This document shows positions 29,183 through 40,684 of a stretch of DNA of 64,000 bases, piece after piece. The stretch lies in assembly GCA_039931515.1 (NCBI GenBank), contig JBDTRU010000016.1, one strand, 5' to 3'. A model generated the notes under the pieces. The model was not told the origin of the DNA, made no database searches, and saw only the letters and a list, made by a program, of their open reading frames with translations. The stretch's first letter is position 1; each line of letters starts with the position of its first letter. The DNA is from Rhizobacter sp. (GTDB taxonomy: Bacteria > Pseudomonadota > Gammaproteobacteria > Burkholderiales > Burkholderiaceae_C). The position numbers were made by a program, and so were the translations under genes.

Positions 29183-30127
29183 ATGAACTTCCAGCAACTG
29201 CGCTCCGTGCGCGAGGCCGTGCGTTGCGGCTTCAACCTGACCGAAGTCTCCAAAGTGCTGCACACCTCGCAGCCCGGTGTAAGCCGCCAGATCCGTGAGC
29301 TGGAAGAAGAGCTGGGCATCGACCTCTTCGTGCGGGCCGGCAAGCGCCTGACCTCGCTCACCGAAGTGGGCGTAGTGATCGTGCCCATCGTCGAGCGCAT
29401 GCTCAACGACGCCGAAAACCTGAAGCGCGCCGGTGAAGAGTTCACGAAAGCAGCCCACGGCCGCCTGTCGATCGCGGCCACCCACTCCCAGGCGCGCTAT
29501 GCCTTGCCGAGCGCGGTGCGCGACTTTCGCCAGCGCTACCCGCAGGTCACGCTCAACCTGCACCAAGGTTCGCCCAAGCAAGTGGCCGAGATGCTGATTT
29601 CGGGCGAGGCCGATATCGGCATCGCCACCGAGGCACTCACGCACTACGACGCGCTCGTCACCCTGCCGTGCTACCGCTGGACGCACAGCGTCGTCGTGCC
29701 GCCCAACCACCCATTGCTCGACGGTCAACCGCTCACGCTGCAGCGGTTGGCGCAATTTCCCATCATCACCTATGGCACTGGCTACACCGGCCGGCTGCAC
29801 ATCGACGAGGCCTTCGAGGCCGCAGGGCTCTCGTTTGATCTGGTGCTCACCGCCATGGATGCCGACGTGATCAAGACCTACGTCGAACTGGGCTTGGGCG
29901 TGGGCATCGTGGCCTCGATCGCTTTCGACGAAGACCGCGACCGCAACCTGCACGCACTCGACGCGCGCGATCTGTTTGCCGTCAACCTGACCAAGCTGGC
30001 CGTGCGTCGCGGCAGCTTTCTGCGCAGCTACATCTACGACTTCATCGAGACTTTCGCGTCGCCGCTCAAGCGCGACGTGGTCGAACGCGCGATGGCGTCG
30101 CCTCCCAGCGAGCGCATCGAGGTCTGA
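29183..30127 (+). CDS. cysB: CysB/Cbl-family LysR regulator
   Basis: 'MNFQQLRSVRE...LHTSQPGVSRQIRELEEELG', 'ATHSQARYALP', 'DADVIKTYVELGLGVGI'. Confidence 0.88.
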   Translation: MNFQQLRSVREAVRCGFNLTEVSKVLHTSQPGVSRQIRELEEELGIDLFVRAGKRLTSLTEVGVVIVPIVERMLNDAENLKRAGEEFTKAAHGRLSIAATHSQARYALPSAVRDFRQRYPQVTLNLHQGSPKQVAEMLISGEADIGIATEALTHYDALVTLPCYRWTHSVVVPPNHPLLDGQPLTLQRLAQFPIITYGTGYTGRLHIDEAFEAAGLSFDLVLTAMDADVIKTYVELGLGVGIVASIAFDEDRDRNLHALDARDLFAVNLTKLAVRRGSFLRSYIYDFIETFASPLKRDVVERAMASPPSERIEV

Positions 30128-30134
30128 CCCGCCG

Positions 30135-31211
30135 TCAGATCATCGCGGCCGGGTCGATCTGCTCGGTCTGCGCGCCGTTCGAGCCGGCCAAAAAGCGCGT
30201 GATGCGGCGCGGTTTCAAGTAGACGGCACTGCCGGTGCTCAGGCCCAGCTTGTCTCGCAGCGCGGTGTAGTCGCTGCGCGCCATCTCCACGTCCACATAG
30301 CTGCCGTCGTCGACACGCTTGAACTCGATGCGGGTTTGCGGACCCACCGTCAACGCTTGCGACAGCGTGACCGCAAGCGTGCCCTCGGCGGGCTCGGCCA
30401 CGATCTCAAGTTCGTGCGGCCGCACGTAGCTCACATCCGCCGGGTCGGTGGTGCCACCCGGCGCGTGGCCGAAACGTCCGTGGAACAGGTTCACATCGCC
30501 CAAGAACTGCAGTACGAATGGCGTCGCCGGCCGGTCATACACCTCGTCGGGCGGGCCGTCTTGCTCGATGCGCCCGAGGTTCATTACCACCACGCGGTCA
30601 GCCACTTCCATCGCTTCATCCTGGTCGTGGGTAACGAACACGCTGGTGATGTGCATCTCGTCGTGCAGGCGGCGCAACCAACGTCGCAGTTCCTTGCGCA
30701 CCTTGGCATCGAGTGCGCCGAAAGGCTCGTCGAGCAAGAGCACCTTGGGTTCAACAGCCAAGGCACGCGCGAGCGCGATGCGCTGGCGTTGGCCGCCAGA
30801 GAGCTGATGCGGATAGCGATCGGCCAGCCAGTCGAGCTGCACCAACTTGAGCAAGGCCATCACCTTCTCGCGAATCGTCTCTTCGTTCGGCCGTGTTGCC
30901 TTGGGCCGCACGCGCAGGCCGAAAGCCACGTTCTCGAAAATGCTCATGTGGCCGAACAGCGCGTAGTGCTGAAAGACGAAGCCGACATTGCGGTCACGCA
31001 CGTCATCGAAGGTGGCGTCGGCACCGTGAAACAGCACCGAGCCAGAGTCGGGCCGCTCCAGGCCGGCAATGATGCGCAGCAGCGAGGTCTTGCCCGAACC
31101 CGAGGGCCCGAGCAGCGCCACCAGTTCACCCGACGGGATGTCGAGGTTGAGGTTGTCGCAGACAACCGTCTTGCCAAACTTCTTGTTGAGCTTGCGGATC
31201 TCGATGCTCAT
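30135..31211 (-). CDS. cysA: Sulfate/thiosulfate ABC transporter ATP-binding protein
   Basis: Walker A 'GPSGSGKT', 'FVFQHYALF', '[16 protein letters not shown]'. Confidence 0.95.
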   Translation of the reverse strand: MSIEIRKLNKKFGKTVVCDNLNLDIPSGELVALLGPSGSGKTSLLRIIAGLERPDSGSVLFHGADATFDDVRDRNVGFVFQHYALFGHMSIFENVAFGLRVRPKATRPNEETIREKVMALLKLVQLDWLADRYPHQLSGGQRQRIALARALAVEPKVLLLDEPFGALDAKVRKELRRWLRRLHDEMHITSVFVTHDQDEAMEVADRVVVMNLGRIEQDGPPDEVYDRPATPFVLQFLGDVNLFHGRFGHAPGGTTDPADVSYVRPHELEIVAEPAEGTLAVTLSQALTVGPQTRIEFKRVDDGSYVDVEMARSDYTALRDKLGLSTGSAVYLKPRRITRFLAGSNGAQTEQIDPAAMI

Positions 31212-31233
31212 GTCACCTCTCTTGTGTCACAGC

Positions 31234-32142
31234 TCATTCGTTTCGTCCCGACGCGTCGCGCTTCTGCGCCCTGACGCGTTGCTCGACCAGGTACTTCAGC
31301 ACCAGCGTCACCAGCGCCAGGCCGGCAAGCAACGAGGCCACGGCGAAGGCCGCAGCGAACTGGTACTCGTTGTACAGAATCTCGATGTGCAGCGGCATGG
31401 TGTTGGTCTGCCCGCGGATGTGGCCCGACACCACCGACACGGCGCCGAACTCACCCATCGCCCGCGCGTTGCACAAGATGACGCCATAGAGCAGCGCCCA
31501 CTTCACATTCGGCAGCGTCACCCGCCAGAAGATTTGCCAGCCCGAAGCACCCAGTACACGCGCGGCTTCTTCCTGCTCCAGCCCCTGCGCCTGCATCAGC
31601 GGGATCAGCTCGCGCGCCACAAACGGGAAGGTCACGAACACTGTGGCCAACACGATGCCGGGCAGCGCGAAGATCACCTTCAGCTCGTGGTCGCGCAGCC
31701 ATTCGCCCCACCAGCCTTGCAGGCCGAAGATCAGCACGTAGATCAGACCCGAGATCACCGGTGACACCGAAAACGGCAGGTCGATCAGCGTGAGCAGCAC
31801 GTTCTTGCCGCGAAAGTCGAACTTCGCAATGGCCCACGCTGCCGCAATGCCGAACACCAGGTTCAACGGCACCGAAATACCGGCCGCGACCAGCGTGAGC
31901 CAGATGGCCGAGCGCGCATCGGCTTCGGTGATGGCGGCGAGGTACGTCTCGAAGCCCTTCTTGAACGCCTCGAAGAACACCGACACCAAGGGCACGAACA
32001 AGAAGAGTGTGAGGAACACCAGCGCGACGCCGATCAGCGTGCGCCGCACCCAGGCCGGCTCGGCCGTGGCCGCCACGGCATTGCGCGGCGCAACGCGGCC
32101 CGCGGCGCGCGGGCTTCCAGTCTCTATGGGGAGCGAGCTCAT
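31234..32142 (-). CDS. cysW: Sulfate ABC permease CysW
   Basis: '[14 protein letters not shown]', '[17 protein letters not shown]'. Confidence 0.95.
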   Translation of the reverse strand: MSSLPIETGSPRAAGRVAPRNAVAATAEPAWVRRTLIGVALVFLTLFLFVPLVSVFFEAFKKGFETYLAAITEADARSAIWLTLVAAGISVPLNLVFGIAAAWAIAKFDFRGKNVLLTLIDLPFSVSPVISGLIYVLIFGLQGWWGEWLRDHELKVIFALPGIVLATVFVTFPFVARELIPLMQAQGLEQEEAARVLGASGWQIFWRVTLPNVKWALLYGVILCNARAMGEFGAVSVVSGHIRGQTNTMPLHIEILYNEYQFAAAFAVASLLAGLALVTLVLKYLVEQRVRAQKRDASGRNE

Positions 32143-32149
32143 CTCGTTC

Positions 32150-32992
32150 TCAGCGGCCCTGGCGCTTGCGCGTCCAGGCCTGCAAGAGGTTGATGGCAAG
32201 CAGCATCACGAAGGCCGCCATCAGCATCACGACAGCGATGGCCGTGGCACCGGTGTAGTCGTACTGCTCGAGCTTGGTGATGATCAGGAGCGGCGTGATC
32301 TCGGAGACCATCGGCATGTTGCCGGCAATGAAGATCACCGACCCGTACTCGCCCAGCGCGCGTGCAAAAGCGAGTGCAAAGCCCGTCAGCAGCGCCGGCG
32401 AAATGATGGGGAAGATCACCCGCTGAAAAGTCTGCCAGCGCGAGGCCCCCAGTGTGGCGGCGGCCTCTTCGAGTTCTTTCTGCATGTCTTCAAGCACCGG
32501 CTGCAAAGTGCGCACGACGAAGGGCAGGCCGATGAAGGTCAATGCGACGAACACCCCCAGCGGCGTGAACGACACCTTGATGCCCACCTTCGCAAGATAC
32601 TGCCCGATCCAGCCGTTGCCGGCATAGAGCGCCGTGAGTGCGATGCCCGCCACGGCGGTGGGCAAGGCAAACGGCAGATCGACCAGCGCATCGATGAGCC
32701 GCTTGAACGGGAACTCGTAGCGCACCAGCACCCACGCGACGATCAGGCCAAAGAACGAGTTCACCAGCGCCGCCGCCAGCGACGCGCCGAAGGTCAGCCG
32801 ATACGAGGCCACCACGCGCGGCGTGGCCACAGCCTCCCAGAAGGCGGGCCAGGTCATCGTGAACGTCTTCAGAAACGCGGCCGACAGCGGGATCAACACG
32901 ATGAAGCTCAGGTAGAGCAGCGTGAAGCCGAGGGCCAGATCGAAGCCAGGCAACACACTGTGCCGCCGCAGCAAGGTGCGCGAGAAGAACAT
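32150..32992 (-). CDS. cysT: Sulfate ABC permease CysT/CysU
   Basis: '[15 protein letters not shown]', '[16 protein letters not shown]'. Confidence 0.95.
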   Translation of the reverse strand: MFFSRTLLRRHSVLPGFDLALGFTLLYLSFIVLIPLSAAFLKTFTMTWPAFWEAVATPRVVASYRLTFGASLAAALVNSFFGLIVAWVLVRYEFPFKRLIDALVDLPFALPTAVAGIALTALYAGNGWIGQYLAKVGIKVSFTPLGVFVALTFIGLPFVVRTLQPVLEDMQKELEEAAATLGASRWQTFQRVIFPIISPALLTGFALAFARALGEYGSVIFIAGNMPMVSEITPLLIITKLEQYDYTGATAIAVVMLMAAFVMLLAINLLQAWTRKRQGR

Positions 32993-33000
32993 GATTCAGA

Positions 33001-33097
33001 CGTTCGCCCTGAGCCTGTATTTCCGATCGCCCTGAGCTTGTCGAAGGGAGGGCAGCGCACAACACGGCGCAGGCTTCGACAGGCTCAGCCCGAACGG
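33001..33097. repeat. REP doublet with a duplicated, truncated left arm between cysP and cysT
   Basis: CGTTCGCCCTGAGCCTGT (33001-18), CGATCGCCCTGAGCTTGTCGAAGGG (33024-48), inverted GCTTCGACAGGCTCAGCCCGAACGG (33073-97). Confidence 0.85.
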
Positions 33098-33126
33098 AGT
33101 CCGATGAGACTTCAATTGAAAGCCGC

Positions 33127-34155
33127 TCACTTCTTGGCGGCAGCGAGTATCTGGTCGTAGATGGCGCCGTCGTCGAAATGCTCTTTTTGCGCCTTGGTCC
33201 AGCCGCCAAAGGCCTCGTCGATGGTGAAGGTGCTGACCTTCGGGAAGTCTTTCGCGTACTTGGCCAGCAGCGCAGCCGAGCGCGGGCGAAGCTGGTGCTT
33301 GGCAGCAATCTCTTGCGCCTCGTCAGACCACAAGAACTTGAGGTAGGCCTCGGCCTGTTTGCGCGTGCCCTTCTTGTCGACAACCTTGTCGATTACCGCC
33401 ACCGGGTTCTCGGCCAGGATGCTCCACTTCGGGTAGACCACATCAAAGTTATCGCCGAACTCGGCCTTGATGAGGTTGACCTCGCTCTCAAAGGTGCACA
33501 GCGCATCGCCAATGTTGCGCTGCGCGAACGTGGTGGTGGCCGCGCGGCCACCACCATCGAACACCGGCACGTTGCCAAAGATCTTCTGCACCGTTTCGCG
33601 AGTCTGCGCCGGGGTGGCGCCACCCTTGACCAAACCACCCCAGGCCGCGACATACGTGTAGCGGCCATTGCCGGTGATCTTGGGGTTGGGGATGACCACG
33701 CTGATGCCAGGCTTGGCCAGATCAGCCCAGTCCCTGATGCCTTTGGGGTTGCCCTTGCGCACCAGGATCACCGTGGTCGAGGTGTTGGGCGCACTGTTGT
33801 CAGGCAAGCGCTGGGCCCAATCGGCCGGCAACAGCTTGCCCTTGCTGGCGATGGCGTCGATGTCGCTCGATTGGTTCATCGTGACCACGTCGGCTTCGAG
33901 CCCGTCAATCACCGAGCGCGCCTGCTTGCTGGAGCCTCCGTGCGACTGGTTGACCGTGATGTCTTCGCCGGTGCTCGCCTTCCAGTGCTTGATGAAGGCG
34001 GGGTTGATGTCTTTGTAAAGCTCGCGGGCCACGTCGTAGCTCACGTTGAGCAGCGCCGGCCCTGCCGCCTTGGCCCAGGGCGCCGCCGCCAGCGCCGCCG
34101 CGGCCAGAGCGAGGTTCAAGGCAGAGCGGCGGGAAATGAGGTGAGGCGATCGCAT
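33127..34155 (-). CDS. cysP: Thiosulfate/sulfate-binding periplasmic protein (CysP-like), possible Tat signal
   Basis: 'LLNVSYDVARELY', 'QSHGGSSKQARSV', 'KITGNGRY'; N-terminal 'SRRSAL'. Confidence 0.8.
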   Translation of the reverse strand: MRSPHLISRRSALNLALAAAALAAAPWAKAAGPALLNVSYDVARELYKDINPAFIKHWKASTGEDITVNQSHGGSSKQARSVIDGLEADVVTMNQSSDIDAIASKGKLLPADWAQRLPDNSAPNTSTTVILVRKGNPKGIRDWADLAKPGISVVIPNPKITGNGRYTYVAAWGGLVKGGATPAQTRETVQKIFGNVPVFDGGGRAATTTFAQRNIGDALCTFESEVNLIKAEFGDNFDVVYPKWSILAENPVAVIDKVVDKKGTRKQAEAYLKFLWSDEAQEIAAKHQLRPRSAALLAKYAKDFPKVSTFTIDEAFGGWTKAQKEHFDDGAIYDQILAAAKK

Positions 34156-34185
34156 GAGGGGTGCTCAAAATGAAACAGGAGGCCG

Positions 34186-34239
34186 ATGCTACGGCCTCCA
34201 GCAAACTCGGGAAACGACGGTATCTGAGTTTGCTTATTC
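34186..34239 (-). promoter_or_regulatory. Putative CysB-family-activated promoter of cysP
   Basis: Minus strand GAATAAGCA-N13-TCGTTT-N20-TAGCAT; same spacing at sbp, ssuA and ssuE. Confidence 0.6.
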
Positions 34240-34281
34240 AGTAAACGACAGTAAGTGCGCCAAACCCCTGTTGGCTCAGTG

Positions 34282-35295
34282 TCACTTGTTCTTGCTGTAG
34301 ATCTGGTCGAACACACCGCCATCGGCGAAGTGGGTCTTCTGCGCCTTGGTCCACCCGCCGAAGATGTCATTGATATTGAACAACTTGAGGGTCGGGAACT
34401 GCTTCGCGTACTTGGCCTGCGCCTTGGTGTCGGTCGGGCGGTAGAAATTCTTGCCTGCGATGTCCTGGCCTTCGGCCGAGTACAGGTACTCCAGATAGGC
34501 CTGTGCCACTGCACGGGTGCCGTGCTTGTCCGCCACCTTGTCGACCACGGCCACAGGGGGTTCGGCCAAGATGCTGGTCGGCGGGTAAACGACATCGAAC
34601 TTGTCGGAGCCAAACTCCTTGAGCACCAGGCCGGCTTCGTTCTCCCAAGACAGCAGCACATCGCCCAGGCCGCGTTCGGCAAAGCTCACCGTCGAGCCGC
34701 GCGCGCCCGAGTCGAGCACGGGCACGTTGGCGAACAGCTTCTGGATGTAGTCGCGCGCCTTGGCATCGTCACCGCCAGGCGCCGTCAGCGCCGAACCATA
34801 AGCCGCGAGGTAGGCCCAGCGCGCACCGCCCGAGGTCTTGGGGTTGGCCGTGATCACACCCACGCCCGGCTTGATGATGTCGTCCCATGTCTTGACCGCC
34901 TTCGGGTTGCCCTTGCGCACGATGAACACGATGGTCGAGGTGTAGGGCGTGCTGTTGTTCTTGAGGTGCTTCTGCCAGTCGGATGCGATCAATTGCTTCT
35001 CAGCGATGGCATCGATGTCGTAGGCCAGCGCCAGCGTCACCACATCGGCCTCCAGGCCATCGATCACTGAGCGGGCCTGCTTGCCCGAACCGCCATGTGA
35101 TGCCTTGACCGAGACGGTGTCGCCGGTCTTGGCCTTCCAGTACTTGGCAAAGGCGGCGTTGTACTCTTGATAGAGCTCGCGCGTCGGGTCATACGACACG
35201 TTGAGCAAGGTGATGTCTTTGGCGCAGGTGGCGCCAGCGGCCACGCCCAGGGCGGTGACGGCGACGAGGCTGCGCAGGGTGCGTGAGAAGGTCAT
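34282..35295 (-). CDS. sbp: Sulfate-binding periplasmic protein
   Basis: '[13 protein letters not shown]', '[12 protein letters not shown]', '[10 protein letters not shown]', 'DSGARGST'. Confidence 0.92.
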   Translation of the reverse strand: MTFSRTLRSLVAVTALGVAAGATCAKDITLLNVSYDPTRELYQEYNAAFAKYWKAKTGDTVSVKASHGGSGKQARSVIDGLEADVVTLALAYDIDAIAEKQLIASDWQKHLKNNSTPYTSTIVFIVRKGNPKAVKTWDDIIKPGVGVITANPKTSGGARWAYLAAYGSALTAPGGDDAKARDYIQKLFANVPVLDSGARGSTVSFAERGLGDVLLSWENEAGLVLKEFGSDKFDVVYPPTSILAEPPVAVVDKVADKHGTRAVAQAYLEYLYSAEGQDIAGKNFYRPTDTKAQAKYAKQFPTLKLFNINDIFGGWTKAQKTHFADGGVFDQIYSKNK

Positions 35296-35344
35296 GGGTC
35301 GGTCTTTCGTTGCGAAGTCGGGGGCCATCAGCCCAATGCTTCGC

Positions 35345-35398
35345 ATGCTAGAGAGACCGCTTCAGATCGAGAACGAATGAATCAGTGGATGCTTACTC
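35345..35398 (-). promoter_or_regulatory. Putative CysB-family-activated promoter of sbp
   Basis: Minus strand GAGTAAGCA-N13-TCGTTC-N20-TAGCAT. Confidence 0.6.
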
Positions 35399-35550
35399 GC
35401 CGATCGCCTTATGCCGCAAGCGAGCAAGCTAATGAAGCCGCCGAGCATCGGAACGAATTGCCGCGGGCGCACCTCCAATGTAAAGACCGTCAACGCTGCC
35501 CCGCGGGCAGCGTTGTGCTTGAAGCAAGTTCCACGCGCGAGGTGAACGCC

Positions 35551-36120
35551 ATGAGTTTTCAGTTTGTGTTGCGCACAACGTTGGCCGGTGCGGCTGGTGT
35601 TCTGGCCCTGGCCGGCTGCGCTGAGATGCCCACCGGGCCCACCGTGACCGTGATGCCCGGTCCCAACAAACCCTTTGAAGTCTTCGTCGCGGACGACCGC
35701 CTGTGCCGCGACTGGGCCTTGAATTCATCTGGCGCCGCCAACGGCAATGCCTCCACTGACCGTTTTGCCGGCGCCACGGCGACCGGCGTGGTGCTGGGCG
35801 CCGCAGTCGGAGCGCTCGCCGGTGGTGGCCACGCCGCGGTGGGCATGGGGGCCGCAGTGGGCGGCATGACCGGCGCCGCCGTCGGCTCCGACCAGAGCGT
35901 CCACACGGCATACAGCTCGCAGCGTCGATACGACATCGCTTACCAGCAGTGCATGTACGCCAAAGGCAACCAGATTCCGGGCAACCGCTACGTCGCCAAC
36001 TACCGCACGCCACCGGCGCCGGTGCCGCCCGCGCCCAACATGAGCACCGCACCGGCACCCGTGCCGCCCGCGCCGGGCCGGCCGCCCCCCGGCATCCAGC
36101 CGCCACCGCCCGTTCAGTGA
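35551..36120 (+). CDS. Glycine-zipper lipoprotein with Pro-rich tail
   Basis: Lipobox 'LAGC'; 'GVVLGAAVGALAGGG...GAAVGGMTGA'; 'YDIAYQQCMYAKGNQIP'. Confidence 0.75.
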   Translation: MSFQFVLRTTLAGAAGVLALAGCAEMPTGPTVTVMPGPNKPFEVFVADDRLCRDWALNSSGAANGNASTDRFAGATATGVVLGAAVGALAGGGHAAVGMGAAVGGMTGAAVGSDQSVHTAYSSQRRYDIAYQQCMYAKGNQIPGNRYVANYRTPPAPVPPAPNMSTAPAPVPPAPGRPPPGIQPPPPVQ

Positions 36121-36139
36121 ACCTCACCGGGAGACAAAC

Positions 36140-36511
36140 ATGATCAGCTTTACCAAGATCCTCAAGCTCATCGGCATCGCAGCCACCCTGATGCTGGGCC
36201 TCGCCGCTGCGGGCGTGGCCGACGCCCACCCGCGTGGCGGTGCGCGCTTCGGCGTCTGGGTCGGCGGCCCGTTCTGGTGGGGCGCCGCGCCCTATGGCTA
36301 CGGGTATGGCTATGGTTATCCGTACGTCGTCGAGCGTCCGGTGATCGTGCAGGCACCAGCCGAGCCTGCGGTGGTCGTGCCCAGCGCGGCGCAGCAGTCG
36401 AACACCTGGTACTACTGCCGCGAAGCGCAGATGTACTACCCCTACGTCACGCAATGCGCCTCGCCCTGGCAAGAAGTGCCCGCCACGCCGCCACCGGCAC
36501 CGCCGAGGTAA
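36140..36511 (+). CDS. Secreted Gly/Tyr/Pro-rich hypothetical protein
   Basis: RBS GGAG; signal peptide; 'WYYCREAQMYYPYVTQCASPWQEVP'. Confidence 0.7.
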   Translation: MISFTKILKLIGIAATLMLGLAAAGVADAHPRGGARFGVWVGGPFWWGAAPYGYGYGYGYPYVVERPVIVQAPAEPAVVVPSAAQQSNTWYYCREAQMYYPYVTQCASPWQEVPATPPPAPPR

Positions 36512-36518
36512 TCGGCGG

Positions 36519-37421
36519 TCAGACAGCCCAGCGCATCCCGTGCGCCGGGTAGAGATCGAAGGCTTCGCTCGGCGGCACACTGGCGCCATCGGGTTGCTGC
36601 AAGACGCGATCGAGAATGCGCTCTTCATAGGCTGCAAACACAGGTCCGCGTGAGCGCGGCCGGGCGAGCGCCACACGCTCATCGAGCGCAATGCGGTGTT
36701 CTTCGATCAGCACCACGCGGTCGCCCAAGGCCACGGCCTCAGACACATCGTGCGTCACCAGCAGCGCGGTGAACCCGTGTTGCAACCACAGCCGCTCGAT
36801 CAACCGGTGCATCTCGATGCGCGTGAGCGCGTCGAGTGCTCCCAAGGGCTCGTCGAGCAAGAGCAACCGTGGCGTGTGAACCAAGGCCCGAGCCAATGCC
36901 ACACGCTGACGCTGCCCGCCCGATAACACGGCCGGCCATTCTTTCGCGCGGTCCGCCAGGCCTACCTGCGCCAATGCTTCGCGGGCTCGCTCGTTCGCGT
37001 CGGGCCCGGTGAGGCCCAATGCCACGTTGTCGAGCACGCGCTTCCAGGGCAGCAGCCGCGCGTCCTGAAACATGATGCGGATGTCGCTCTGGTGCGCCGA
37101 CTGCGCATCGCCATCGAGCGTGATCTGACCCGCGTCAGCTTGCTCCAGCCCGGCCAGCAGACGCAACAGCGTGCTCTTGCCGCAACCGCTGCGCCCCACG
37201 ATGGCGATGAACTCGCCGGGTGCGATGCGCAAGTCGGCGTCCAACAGCACCTGGCGGCCGGCATAGGCCTTCGACAAGCCCGTCGCCTGCACGGCAGCAC
37301 CGCCCCTTCCACGCAGGCCTCGCGCCACGACGGGTGGCTTCGCCACAGTCAGCGGCAAGACGCGCGAGGGCGCAAACGCGGCGAGTGCCGCGCCTTGAAT
37401 GTCGATGGGGTGCTGGCTCAT
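36519..37421 (-). CDS. ssuB: Aliphatic sulfonate ABC transporter ATP-binding protein
   Basis: '[12 protein letters not shown]', '[13 protein letters not shown]', 'LDALTRIEM'. Confidence 0.92.
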   Translation of the reverse strand: MSQHPIDIQGAALAAFAPSRVLPLTVAKPPVVARGLRGRGGAAVQATGLSKAYAGRQVLLDADLRIAPGEFIAIVGRSGCGKSTLLRLLAGLEQADAGQITLDGDAQSAHQSDIRIMFQDARLLPWKRVLDNVALGLTGPDANERAREALAQVGLADRAKEWPAVLSGGQRQRVALARALVHTPRLLLLDEPLGALDALTRIEMHRLIERLWLQHGFTALLVTHDVSEAVALGDRVVLIEEHRIALDERVALARPRSRGPVFAAYEERILDRVLQQPDGASVPPSEAFDLYPAHGMRWAV

Positions 37422-37441
37422 GGATAGGCTTCTCATCTGTC

Positions 37442-38260
37442 TCAGGTTTTGGCGATCACTTGGTAACCGGGGTGCCAACGCAGCCACCAGCGCTCCAGGC
37501 CCTTGGCGGCCAGGTCGGCGAGCTTGCCGAGCAAGGCGTACAGCAAGATGCCCACGAGCACCACGTCGGTCTGCAAAAACTCGCGCGCATTCATCGTCAT
37601 GTAGCCGATGCCGGCCTGCGCCGAGATGGTCTCGGCCACGATCAGCAGCACCCAGGTCAGGCCCAGCGAGAACCGCACGCCGACAAGAATCGACGCCAGC
37701 GCGCCGGGCAAGATGACGTGCATGTACAGCCGCCAGCCACTCAGGCCATAGCTGCGCGCCATTTCGATCAGCCCCTTGTCGACCGAGCGAATGCCATGAA
37801 ACGCGTTGAGGTAGATCGGGAAGAACACCCCCAGCGCCACCAGAAACAGCTTGGCCGACTCGTCAATGCCGAACCACAGGATCACGAGCGGTATCAACGC
37901 CAGCACCGGGATGTTGCGGATCATCTGCAGCGATGAATCCAGCAGCATCTCGGCCGACCTGAAGGTGCCGGTCAGCAGGCCCAGCAACAAGCCCAGCCCG
38001 CCACCGATGGCGAAACCCGCAGCCGCACGCCAGGTGCTCGTGGCCACGTGCTGCCAGATCTCACCCGACACCGTGAGCGCCCAGAAGGCCTTCGCCACAG
38101 CCCAGGGTTCGGGCAGCACACGCGTGGACAACCAGCCGGCTTGCGACGAGATCTCCCACAGCGCCAGCGTCGCGACCGGGAACAGCCACGGCAACACGCG
38201 CTGCACATGCGCGTTGGCAATCACTCTGGCCAGGGCCGATTTCGAATCGAGGCTGGCCAT
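37442..38260 (-). CDS. ssuC: Aliphatic sulfonate ABC permease
   Basis: '[26 protein letters not shown]', '[11 protein letters not shown]'. Confidence 0.93.
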   Translation of the reverse strand: MASLDSKSALARVIANAHVQRVLPWLFPVATLALWEISSQAGWLSTRVLPEPWAVAKAFWALTVSGEIWQHVATSTWRAAAGFAIGGGLGLLLGLLTGTFRSAEMLLDSSLQMIRNIPVLALIPLVILWFGIDESAKLFLVALGVFFPIYLNAFHGIRSVDKGLIEMARSYGLSGWRLYMHVILPGALASILVGVRFSLGLTWVLLIVAETISAQAGIGYMTMNAREFLQTDVVLVGILLYALLGKLADLAAKGLERWWLRWHPGYQVIAKT

Positions 38261-38262
38261 GT

Positions 38263-39432
38263 TCAGCTCTGCGACACCTGAGGCACATAGGTGCTCGCAA
38301 CGACCTCGCCGAACGGGCCGGTGAGGTATTGCGAGGCGAGCTTCTCGCGCAGTTGCAAGGGCAGCAACGGGAACACCAGCTCGGCGAAGCGATAAGCCTC
38401 TTCGAGGTGCGGGTAGCCAGAGAAGATGAAGTATTCGAGGCCCAGGTCGGCGTATTCCTTGATGCGGTCGGCCACCTGCTGCGGGTTGCCCACCAGCGCC
38501 GTGCCGGCACCGCCACGCACCAGGCCCACACCGGCCCACAGGTTCGGCGAGACCTCCAGCCCTTCGCGGATGTTGGCCTTGTTGAACTTGCCCTTGTTCA
38601 GCTCGGCCATGCGACGCTGGCCCACCGAATCCATTTGCGCGAACTTGGCTTGGGCTGCTGCCACCACCTTCTCGTCGAGGTGCGACACCAGCTCATTGGC
38701 GGCCGCCCAGGCCTGCTCTTCGGTCTCGCGCACGATCACGTGCAAGCGGATGCCGAACTCCAAGGTGCGCCCGTATTTGGCCGCGCGGCTGCGGATATCG
38801 GCCACCTTGGCAGCCACGGCCCCGGGCGGCTCGCCCCAGGTGAGGTAGGTGTCGAGCTGCTGCGCGGCCAGCTCGTGCGCCTCTTCTGACGAGCCGCCAA
38901 AGAACACCGGCGGATGGGGCCGGCTCACCGGTGGGTAGAGCACCTTGCCGCCTTTCACGCTCAGGTGCTTGCCCTCGAAATCGAACGCTTCTGCAGCATG
39001 GCTCTTGGTGAGCAGCTCACGCCAGATGGTGAGGAACTCGGTCGATTGCACATAGCGCTCGGCATGCGACAAGAAGAGGCCGTCGCCTTCAAGCTCGGAC
39101 GCATCGCCACCCGTCACCAGGTTCACCAGCAAGCGCCCACCCGAGAGGCGGTCGAAGCTCGCGGCCATGCGCGCCGATTGCGAAGGCTGCACCAGCCCCG
39201 GCCGCAGTGCGATCAAGAATTTCAGGCGCTTGGTCGCATCGATCAGGCTCGCGGCCACGACCCACGAGTCTTCGCACGAGCGGCCCGTGGGCAGCAGCAC
39301 GCCTTCGTAGCCGAGGGTGTCGGCGGCGATGGCCACCTGCTTGAAATAATCGAAGCTGGTGGTGCGAGCACCGAGGCTGGTGCCGAGGTAGCGCGAGTCA
39401 CCGTGGGTAGGAATGAACCAGAGAATTTTCAT
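38263..39432 (-). CDS. ssuD: FMNH2-dependent alkanesulfonate monooxygenase
   Basis: '[13 protein letters not shown]', '[12 protein letters not shown]', 'YLTWGEPP', '[10 protein letters not shown]'. Confidence 0.96.
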   Translation of the reverse strand: MKILWFIPTHGDSRYLGTSLGARTTSFDYFKQVAIAADTLGYEGVLLPTGRSCEDSWVVAASLIDATKRLKFLIALRPGLVQPSQSARMAASFDRLSGGRLLVNLVTGGDASELEGDGLFLSHAERYVQSTEFLTIWRELLTKSHAAEAFDFEGKHLSVKGGKVLYPPVSRPHPPVFFGGSSEEAHELAAQQLDTYLTWGEPPGAVAAKVADIRSRAAKYGRTLEFGIRLHVIVRETEEQAWAAANELVSHLDEKVVAAAQAKFAQMDSVGQRRMAELNKGKFNKANIREGLEVSPNLWAGVGLVRGGAGTALVGNPQQVADRIKEYADLGLEYFIFSGYPHLEEAYRFAELVFPLLPLQLREKLASQYLTGPFGEVVASTYVPQVSQS

Positions 39433-39440
39433 GATGGCCT

Positions 39441-40424
39441 TCAGCGCGCCGCAAGCTTGGTGCCGGGCAAAGCATCAGAAATCTTGATCGCCTTGGGGAT
39501 GAGCTTCAGCTCGAAGAACGCGTCGGCAATCTTCTGCTGATCGGCCGCCACGGCTTGCGAGATCGGCTGGATGCCATAGGCGAAGCGGTTGGCTGCGATC
39601 TCGGCGACTTGAAGGTCGAGACCGATCTGCGGTGCGAGAAACTTGGCGACTTCGTTCGGGTTTTTCGCGGCCCACGCATCGAGCTTGCCCAGCTCTTCGA
39701 TGATGGCCTGCACGACCTGCGGGCTCTTCTCGGCATAACTGCGCGATGCGAGATAGAACTGGTGGTTCGCAACCAGGCCCGTGCCATCGGTGAGGATGCG
39801 TGCACCAAGCTGCTTCTCGGCTGCCGCGAAAAACGGATCCCAGATCACCCACGCATCCACTGCACCCTTCTCGAAGGCAGCACGCGCATCCGCCGGCGCC
39901 AAAAACACGACCTGAATCTCGCTGTACTTGACCTTGGCCTGCTCCAGCGCCTTCACCAGCAAATAGTGAACGTTCGAGCCGCGGTTGAGCACGACCTTCT
40001 TGCCCTTCAGGTCAGCCACCGTCTTGAGTGGTGAATCCTTGTGAACAATGATGGCTTCGCCCTTGGGCGCGGGCGGCTGGTTGGCCACGTAGACGAGATC
40101 GGCGCCTGCGGCCTGCGCAAAGATGGGCGGCGCTTCACCCACCGTGCCGAAGTCGATCGAGCCAACGTTCAGGCCTTCGAGCAGCACGGGGCCCGCGGGG
40201 AACTCCGTCCACTTCACGTCGACGCCCAGCGGTGCGAGCCGCCTGTCGAGATCGCCACGCGCCTTCAGCAGCGTCAGCGTGCCGTACTTCTGGTAGCCGA
40301 TGCGAAGCGTGCTCTTGGTCTGCGCAAATGCAAACCTGCCTGCGCCAGCGAGCGACAAACCCGCTGCCGATGCGGCTGCGGTGACGAGAGCCTTGCGGCG
40401 TGATGGGTTGGTGGCGTGCGTCAT
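39441..40424 (-). CDS. ssuA: Sulfonate ABC substrate-binding protein
   Basis: 'LRIGYQKYG', '[25 protein letters not shown]', 'WDPF'. Confidence 0.93.
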   Translation of the reverse strand: MTHATNPSRRKALVTAAASAAGLSLAGAGRFAFAQTKSTLRIGYQKYGTLTLLKARGDLDRRLAPLGVDVKWTEFPAGPVLLEGLNVGSIDFGTVGEAPPIFAQAAGADLVYVANQPPAPKGEAIIVHKDSPLKTVADLKGKKVVLNRGSNVHYLLVKALEQAKVKYSEIQVVFLAPADARAAFEKGAVDAWVIWDPFFAAAEKQLGARILTDGTGLVANHQFYLASRSYAEKSPQVVQAIIEELGKLDAWAAKNPNEVAKFLAPQIGLDLQVAEIAANRFAYGIQPISQAVAADQQKIADAFFELKLIPKAIKISDALPGTKLAAR

Positions 40425-40458
40425 GAGAGCTGCGTTCTGAAAAGCTGTTGAGGCCTGA

Positions 40459-40512
40459 ACAGTACGCAGCGCATCAGGTGTTGAGAACGAAGCAAATCGG
40501 CTTTGCTTGGTC
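40459..40512 (-). promoter_or_regulatory. Putative CysB-family-activated promoter of ssuADCB
   Basis: Minus strand GACCAAGCA-N13-TCGTTC-N20-TACTGT. Confidence 0.6.
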
Positions 40513-40585
40513 AGAAATCAAATACCGCATGGCCTGGGCTGAACTCCGCTCCTTCTCTGTTCTCCTTCGCTCACCTCCGCCCCTC

Positions 40586-40684
40586 CCGTTCGCCCTGAGC
40601 CTGTCGAAGGGTGCTCAGTGCACGGAGCACCCTTCGACAGGCTCAGGGCGAACGGAGAACGGAGAACGGAGAGCGGAGAGCGGA
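40586..40684. repeat. Perfect 31-bp REP inverted repeat followed by five tandem heptamers (GARCGGA)
   Basis: CCGTTCGCCCTGAGCCTGTCGAAGGGTGCTC (40586-616), inverted copy 40625-655; GAACGGA x3 and GAGCGGA x2 at 40650-40684. Confidence 0.9.

Noticed and set aside
40650-40684. Tandem repeats as a possible CRISPR array
   Set aside because: 7-bp units without spacers, and no cas genes. REP copies are scattered, not regularly spaced.
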